Source: Eledone cirrhosa | Lineage: Eukaryota | Direction of reading: 5' to 3' | DNA length: 64,000 bases | NCBI GenBank assembly: GCA_964016885.1 | Contig: CAXHJY010001429.1 | Coordinates: 39,301 to 103,300 of the forward strand | Shown here: positions 56,501 through 64,000 of the stretch, piece after piece | Numbering within the stretch: position 1 is the stretch's first letter | Layout: every line of letters begins with the position of its first letter | Position numbers and translations under genes: made by a program | The notes under the pieces: generated by a model | The model's input: only the letters and a program-made list of their open reading frames with translations | Database searches by the model: none | What the model was told of the DNA's origin: nothing

Positions 56501-59330
56501 AATTACAGATCGATCCGACCACGGGCGGCCGGTCCGCGATTGAAAAGGTAACTCCGCCGGCAAATCGTCATTTTTGGATTCGTTTTCTTCGAAGCACACC
56601 ATTCGCCGGCGGACTTTGTTGACGTTTAACACGGTTTGGTTCCACAGCCACAACTATTGAATTCACGGAGATATCTTGCTGAAATTCACGCCACACATAG
56701 CCAATGAGTGTCTGCACATGTACCAGTAATTACAGATCGATCCGACCACGGGCGGCCGGCCCGCGATTGAAAAGGTAACTCCGCCGGCAAATCGTCATTT
56801 TTGGATTCGTTTTCTTCGAAGCACACCATTCGCCGGCGGACTTTGTTGACGTTTAACACGGTTTGGTTCCACAGCCACAACTATTGATTTTACGGAGATA
56901 TCTTGCTGAAATTCACGCCGCACATAGCCAATGAGTGTCTGCACATGTACCAGTAATTACAGATCGATCCGACCACGGGCGGCCGGCCCGCGATTGAAAA
57001 GGTAACTCCGCCGGCAAATCGTCATTTTTGGATTCGTTTTCTTCGAAGCACACCATTCGCCGGCGGACTTTGTTGACGTTTAACACGGTTTGGTTCCACA
57101 GCCACAACTATTGATTTTACGGAGATATCTTGCTGAAATTCACGCCGCACATAGCCAATGAGTGTCTGCACATGTACCAGTAATTACAGATCGATCCGAC
57201 CACGGGCGGCCGGCCCGCGATTGAAAAGGTAACTCCGCCGGCAAATCGTCATTTTTGGATTCGTTTTCTTCGAAGCACACCATTCGCCGGCGGACTTTGT
57301 TGACGTTTAACACGGTTTGGTTCCACAGCCACAACTATTGATTTTACGGAGATATCTTGCTGAAATTCACGCCACACATAGCCAATGAGTGTCTGCACAT
57401 GTACCAGTAATTACAGATCGATCCGACCACGGGCGGCCGGCCCGCGATTAAAAAGGTAACTCCGCCGGCAAATCGTCATTTTTGGATTCGTTTTCTTCGA
57501 AGCACACCATTCGCCGGCGGACTTTGTTGACGTTTAACACGGTTTGGTTCCACAGCCACAACTATTGAATTTACGGAGATATCTTGCTGAAATTCACGCC
57601 ACACATAGCCAATGAGTGTCTGCACATGTACCAGTAATTACAGATCGATCCGACCACGGGCGGCCGGCCCGCGATTGAAAAGGTAACTCCGCCGGCAAAT
57701 CGTCATTTTTGGATTCGTTTTCTTCGAAGCACACCATTCGCCGGCGGACTTTGTTGACGTTTAACACGGTTTGGTTCCACAGCCACAACTATTGATTTTA
57801 CGGAGATATCTTGCTGAAATTCACGCCGCACATAGCCAATGAGTGTCTGCACATGTACCAGTAATTACAGATCGATCTGACCATGGGCGGCCGGCCCGCG
57901 ATTGAAAAGGTAACTCCGCCGGCAAATCGTCATTTTTGGATTCGTTTTCTTCGAAGCACACCATTCGCCGGCGGACTTTGTTGACGTTTAACACGGTTTG
58001 GTTCCACAGCCACAACTATTGATTTTACGGAGATATCTTGCTGAAATTCACGCCGCACATAGCCAATGAGTGTCTGCACATGTACCAGTAATTACAGATC
58101 TATCCGACCACGGGCGGCCGGCCCGCGATTGAAAAGGTAACTCCGCCGGCAAATCGTCATTTTTGGATTCGTTTTCTTCGAAGCACACCATTCGCCGGCG
58201 GACTTTGTTGACGTTTAACACGGTTTGGTTCCACAGCCACAACTATTGATTTTACGGAGATATCTTGCTGAAATTCACGCCACACATAGCCAATGAGTGT
58301 CTGCACATGTACCAGTAATTACAGATCGATCCGACCACGGGCGGCCGGCCCGCGATTGAAAAGGTAACTCCGCCGGCAAATCGTCATTTTTGGATTCGTT
58401 TTCTTCGAAGCACACCATTCGCCGGCGGACTTTGTTGACGTTTAACACGGTTTGGTTCCACAGCCACAACTATTGAATTTACGGAGATATCTTGCTGAAA
58501 TTCACGCCACACATAGCCAATGAGTGTCTGCACATGTACCAGTAATTACAGATCGATCCGACCACGGGCGGCCGGCCCGCGATTGAAAAGGTAACTCCGC
58601 CGGCAAATCGTCATTTTTGGATTCGTTTTCTTCGAAGCACACCATTCGCCGGCGGACTTTGTTGACGTTTAACACGGTTTGGTTCCACAGCCACAACTAT
58701 TGAATTAACGGGGATATCTTGCTGAAATTCACGCCACACATAGCCAATGAGTGTCTGCACATGTACCAGTAATTACAGATCGATCCGACCACGGGCGGCC
58801 GGCCCGCGATTGAAAAGGTAACTCCGCCGGCAAATCGTCATTTTTGGATTCGTTTTCTTCGAAGCACACCATTCGCCGGCGGACTTTGTTGACGTTTAAC
58901 ACGGTTTGGTTCCACAGCCACAACTATTGATTTTACGGAGATATCTTGCTGAAATTCACGCCGCACATAGCCAATGAGTGTCTGCACATGTACCAGTAAT
59001 TACAGATCGATCCGACCACGGGCGGCCGGCCCGCGATTGAAAAGGTAACTCCGCCGGCAAATCGTCATTTTTGGATTCGTTTTCTTCGAAGCACACCATT
59101 CGCCGGCGGACTTTGTTGACGTTTAACACGGTTTGGTTCCACAGCCACAACTATTGATTTTACGGAGATATCTTGCTGAAATTCACGCCGCACATAGCCA
59201 ATGAGTGTCTGCACATGTACCAGTAATTACAGATCGATCCGACCACGGGCGGCCGGCCCGCGATTGAAAAGGTAACTCCGCCGGCAAATCGTCATTTTTG
59301 GATTCGTTTTCTTCGAAGCACACCATTCGC
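50557..59330. repeat. About 14-monomer block repeated at a 24-monomer offset (5448 bp)
   Basis: accaTgg at 52436/57884, attAaaa units 51919/57367, ggTccg units 51011/56459, and tgaattAac ending units 53054/58502. Confidence 0.82.
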
Positions 59331-60090
59331 CGGCGGACTTTGTTGACGTTTAACACGGTTTGGTTCCACAGCCACAACTATTGATTTTACGGAGATATCT
59401 TGCTGAAATTCACGCCGCACATAGCCAATGAGTGTCTGCACATGTACCAGTAATTACAGATCGATCCGACCACGGGCGGCCGGCCCGCGATTGAAAAGGT
59501 AACTCCGCCGGCAAATCGTCATTTTTGGATTCGTTTTCTTCGAAGCACACCATTCGCCGGCGGACTTTGTTGACGTTTAACACGGTTTGGTTCCACAGCC
59601 ACAACTATTGATTTTACGGAGATATCTTGCTGAAATTCACGCCACACATAGCCAATGAGTGTCTGCACATGTACCAGTAATTACAGATCGATCCGACCAC
59701 GGGCGGCCGGCCCGCGATTGAAAAGGTAACTCCGCCGGCAAATCGTCATTTTTGGATTCGTTTTCTTCGAAGCACACCATTCGCCGGCGGACTTTGTTGA
59801 CGTTTAACACGGTTTGGTTCCACAGCCACAACTATTGATTTTACGGAGATATCTTGCTGAAATTCACGCCGCACATAGCCAATGAGTGTCTGCACATGTA
59901 CCAGTAATTACAGATCGATCCGACCACGGGCGGCCGGCCCGCGATTGAAAAGGTAACTCCGCCGGCAAATCGTCATTTTTGGATTCGTTTTCTTCGAAGC
60001 ACACCATTCGCCGGCGGACTTTGTTGACGTTTAACACGGTTTGGTTCCACAGCCACAACTATTGATTTTACGGAGATATCTTGCTGAAAT

Positions 60091-62360
60091 TCACGCCGCA
60101 CATAGCCAATGAGTGTCTGCACATGTACCAGTAATTACAGATCGATCCGACCACGGGCGGCCGGCCCGCGATTGAAAAGGTAACTCCGCCGGCAAATCGT
60201 CATTTTTGGATTCGTTTTCTTCGAAGCACACCATTCGCCGGCGGACTTTGTTGACGTTTAACACGGTTTGGTTCCACAGCCACAACTATTGATTTTACGG
60301 AGATATCTTGCTGAAATTCACGCCACACATAGCCAATGAGTGTCTGCACATGTACCAGTAATTACAGATCGATCCGACCACGGGCGGCCGGCCCGCGATT
60401 GAAAAGGTAACTCCGCCGGCAAATCGTCATTTTTGGATTCGTTTTCTTCGAAGCACACCATTCGCCGGCGGACTTTGTTGACGTTTAACACGGTTTGGTT
60501 CCACAGCCACAACTATTGATTTTACGGAGATATCTTGCTGAAATTCACGCCACACATAGCCAATGAGTGTCTGCACATGTACCAGTAATTACAGATCGAT
60601 CCGACCACGGGCGGCCGGCCCGCGATTGAAAAGGTAACTCCGCCGGCAAATCGTCATTTTTGGATTCGTTTTCTTCGAAGCACACCATTCGCCGGCGGAC
60701 TTTGTTGACGTTTAACACGGTTTGGTTCCACAGCCACAACTATTGATTTTACGGAGATATCTTGCTGAAATTCACGCCACACATAGCCAATGAGTGTCTG
60801 CACATGTACCAGTAATTACAGATCGATCCGACCACGGGCGGCCGGCCCGCGATTGAAAAGGTAACTCCGCCGGCAAATCGTCATTTTTGGATTCGTTTTC
60901 TTCGAAGCACACCATTCGCCGGCGGACTTTGTTGACGTTTAACACGGTTTGGTTCCACAGCCACAACTATTGATTTTACGGAGATATCTTGCTGAAATTC
61001 ACGCCGCACATAGCCAATGAGTGTCTGCACATGTACCAGTAATTACAGATCGATCCGACCACGGGCGGCCGGCCCGCAATTGAAAAGGTAACTCCGCCGG
61101 CAAATCGTCATTTTTGGATTCGTTTTCTTCGAAGCACACCATTCGCCGGCGGACATTGTTGACGTTTAACACGGTTTGGTTCCACAGCCACAACTATTGA
61201 TTTTACGGAGATATCTTGCTGAAATTCACGCCGCACATAGCCAATGAGTGTCTGCACATGTACCAGTAATTACAGATCGATCCGACCACGGGCGGCCGGC
61301 CCGCGATTGAAAAGGTAACTCCGCCGGCAAATCGTCATTTTTGGATTCGTTTTCTTCGAAGCACACCATTCGCCGGCGGACTTTGTTGACGTTTAACACG
61401 GTTTGGTTCCACAGCCACAACTATTGATTTTACGGAGATATCTTGCTGAAATTCACGCCACACATAGCCAATGAGTGTCTGCACATGTACCAGTAATTAC
61501 AGATCGATCCGACCACGGGCGGCCGGCCCGCGATTGAAAAGGTAACTCCGCCGGCAAATCGTCATTTTTGGATTCGTTTTCTTCGAAGCACACCATTCGC
61601 CGGCGGACTTTGTTGACGTTTAACACGGTTTGGTTCCACAGCCACAACTATTGATTTTACGGAGATATCTTGCTGAAATTCACGCCACACATAGCCAATG
61701 AGTGTCTGCACATGTACCAGTAATTACAGATCGATCCGACCACGGGCGGCCGGCCCGCGATTGAAAAGGTAACTCCGCCGGCAAATCGTCATTTTTGGAT
61801 TCGTTTTCTTCGAAGCACACCATTCGCCGGCGGACTTTGTTGACGTTTAACACGGTTTGGTTCCACAGCCACAACTATTGATTTTACGGAGATATCTTGC
61901 TGAAATTCACGCCACACATAGCCAATGAGTGTCTGCACATGTACCAGTAATTACAGATCGATCCGACCACGGGCGGCCGGCCCGCGATTGAAAAGGTAAC
62001 TCCGCCGGCAAATCGTCATTTTTGGATTCGTTTTCTTCGAAGCACACCATTCGCCGGCGGACTTTGTTGACGTTTAACACGGTTTGGTTCCACAGCCACA
62101 ACTATTGATTTTACGGAGATATCTTGCTGAAATTCACGCCGCACATAGCCAATGAGTGTCTGCACATGTACCAGTAATTACAGATCGATCCGACCACGGG
62201 CGGCCGGCCCGCAATTGAAAAGGTAACTCCGCCGGCAAATCGTCATTTTTGGATTCGTTTTCTTCGAAGCACACCATTCGCCGGCGGACATTGTTGACGT
62301 TTAACACGGTTTGGTTCCACAGCCACAACTATTGATTTTACGGAGATATCTTGCTGAAAT
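60091..62360. repeat. Tandem duplication of a 5-monomer block (1135 bp)
   Basis: Private SNP cccgcAatt at 61078/62213, both in ggacAtt units. The preceding four units have the same allele order. Confidence 0.85.
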
Positions 62361-64000
62361 TCACGCCACACATAGCCAATGAGTGTCTGCACATGTACCA
62401 GTAATTACAGATCGATCCGACCACGGGCGGCCGGCCCGCGATTGAAAAGGTAACTCCGCCGGCAAATCGTCATTTTTGGATTCGTTTTCTTCGAAGCACA
62501 CCATTCGCCGGCGGACTTTGTTGACGTTTAACACGGTTTGGTTCCACAGCCACAACTATTGATTTTACGGAGATATCTTGCTGAAATTCACGCCACACAT
62601 AGCCAATGAGTGTCTGCACATGTACCAGTAATTACAGATCGATCCGACCACGGGCGGCCGGCCCGCGATTGAAAAGGTAACTCCGCCGGCAAATCGTCAT
62701 TTTTGGATTCGTTTTCTTCGAAGCACACCATTCGCCGGCGGACTTTGTTGACGTTTAACACGGTTTGGTTCCACAGCCACAACTATTGATTTTACGGAGA
62801 TATCTTGCTGAAATTCACGCCGCACATAGCCAATGAGTGTCTGCACATGTACCAGTAATTACAGATCGATCCGACCACGGGCGGCCGGTCCGCGATTGAA
62901 AAGGTAACTCCGCCGGCAAATCGTCATTTTTGGATTCGTTTTCTTCGAAGCACACCATTCGCCGGCGGACTTTGTTGACGTTTAACACGGTTTGGTTCCA
63001 CAGCCACAACTATTGATTTTACGGAGATATCTTGCTGAAATTCACGCCACACATAGCCAATGAGTGTCTGCACATGTACCAGTAATTACAGATCGATCCG
63101 ACCACGGGCGGCCGGCCCGCGATTGAAAAGGTAACTCCGCCGGCAAATCGTCATTTTTGGATTCGTTTTCTTCGAAGCACACCATTCGCCGGCGGACTTT
63201 GTTGACGTTTAACACGGTTTGGTTCCACAGCCACAACTATTGAATTTACGGAGATATCTTGCTGAAATTCACGCCACACATAGCCAATGAGTGTCTGCAC
63301 ATGTACCAGTAATTACAGATCGATCCGACCACGGGCGGCCGGCCCGCGATTGAAAAGGTAACTCCGCCGGCAAATCGTCATTTTTGGATTCGTTTTCTTC
63401 GAAGCACACCATTCGCCGGCGGACTTTGTTGACGTTTAACACGGTTTGGTTCCACAGCCACAACTATTGATTTTACGGAGATATCTTGCTGAAATTCACG
63501 CCGCACATAGCCAATGAGTGTCTGCACATGTACCAGTAATTACAGATCGATCTGACCATGGGCGGCCGGCCCGCGATTGAAAAGGTAACTCCGCCGGCAA
63601 ATCGTCATTTTTGGATTCGTTTTCTTCGAAGCACACCATTCGCCGGCGGACTTTGTTGACGTTTAACACGGTTTGGTTCCACAGCCACAACTATTGATTT
63701 TACGGAGATATCTTGCTGAAATTCACGCCGCACATAGCCAATGAGTGTCTGCACATGTACCAGTAATTACAGATCTATCCGACCACGGGCGGCCGGCCCG
63801 CGATTGAAAAGGTAACTCCGCCGGCAAATCGTCATTTTTGGATTCGTTTTCTTCGAAGCACACCATTCGCCGGCGGACTTTGTTGACGTTTAACACGGTT
63901 TGGTTCCACAGCCACAACTATTGATTTTACGGAGATATCTTGCTGAAATTCACGCCACACATAGCCAATGAGTGTCTGCACATGTACCAGTAATTACAGA

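Larger units (their letters stand above)
1..64000. repeat. Satellite DNA: tandem array of a 227-bp monomer, about 282 copies, about 99% identical, truncated by both window edges
   Basis: Bases 1-227 (cccgcgattgaaaagg...ccacgggcggccgg) restart at 228 and recur to the end of the window. The ORF track repeats every 227 bp (228 bp across nine indel units). (64000-9)/227 is about 282. I saw no unique sequence, insertion or strand switch. Confidence 0.99.

Noticed and set aside
382-63917. About 250 copies of a 64-aa minus-strand ORF (MWLWNQ...) as a tandem gene family
   Set aside because: It starts at a non-ATG codon (TTG) and has no recognisable domain. Nonsense (19 attAaaa units and unit 37843), frameshift (9 units) and stop-loss (3107) alleles occur freely. 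It is a by-product of the repeat.
1-64000. CRISPR array or other repeat-spacer system
   Set aside because: There are no unique spacers, the whole 227 bp is repeated, and no cas or other genes are present.
1-64000. Sequencing or concatemer artefact, or an information-encoding pattern in the G/A dimorphism
   Set aside because: Variants recur in consistent linked blocks with no random homopolymer indels, which argues for a real array. The allele order is explained by nested duplications.

Overview
The whole 64,000-bp window is one uninterrupted head-to-tail tandem array of a 227-bp monomer: about 282 copies, all in one orientation, running off both ends. The monomer is 49% GC with 20 CpGs (hand count). 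Copies differ from consensus at only about 0-3 positions. I counted about 27 distinct variant alleles, including one recurrent +1 indel that makes nine monomers 228 bp. I found no gene, RNA gene, TE insertion or CRISPR spacer, and the 64/71/84-aa ORFs are by-products of the repeat. The best reading is a young, highly homogenised eukaryotic satellite DNA, possibly centromeric; the organism cannot be identified from the sequence. Two things are of interest. First, the monomer is unusually rich in dyad symmetry. Second, variant order shows no fixed higher-order repeat but a patchwork of nested duplications and deletions of 1-26 monomers, with two haplotype domains. A spliced-leader/snRNA-like motif set is reported as speculation only. 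I cannot support a claim of a new biological system here.
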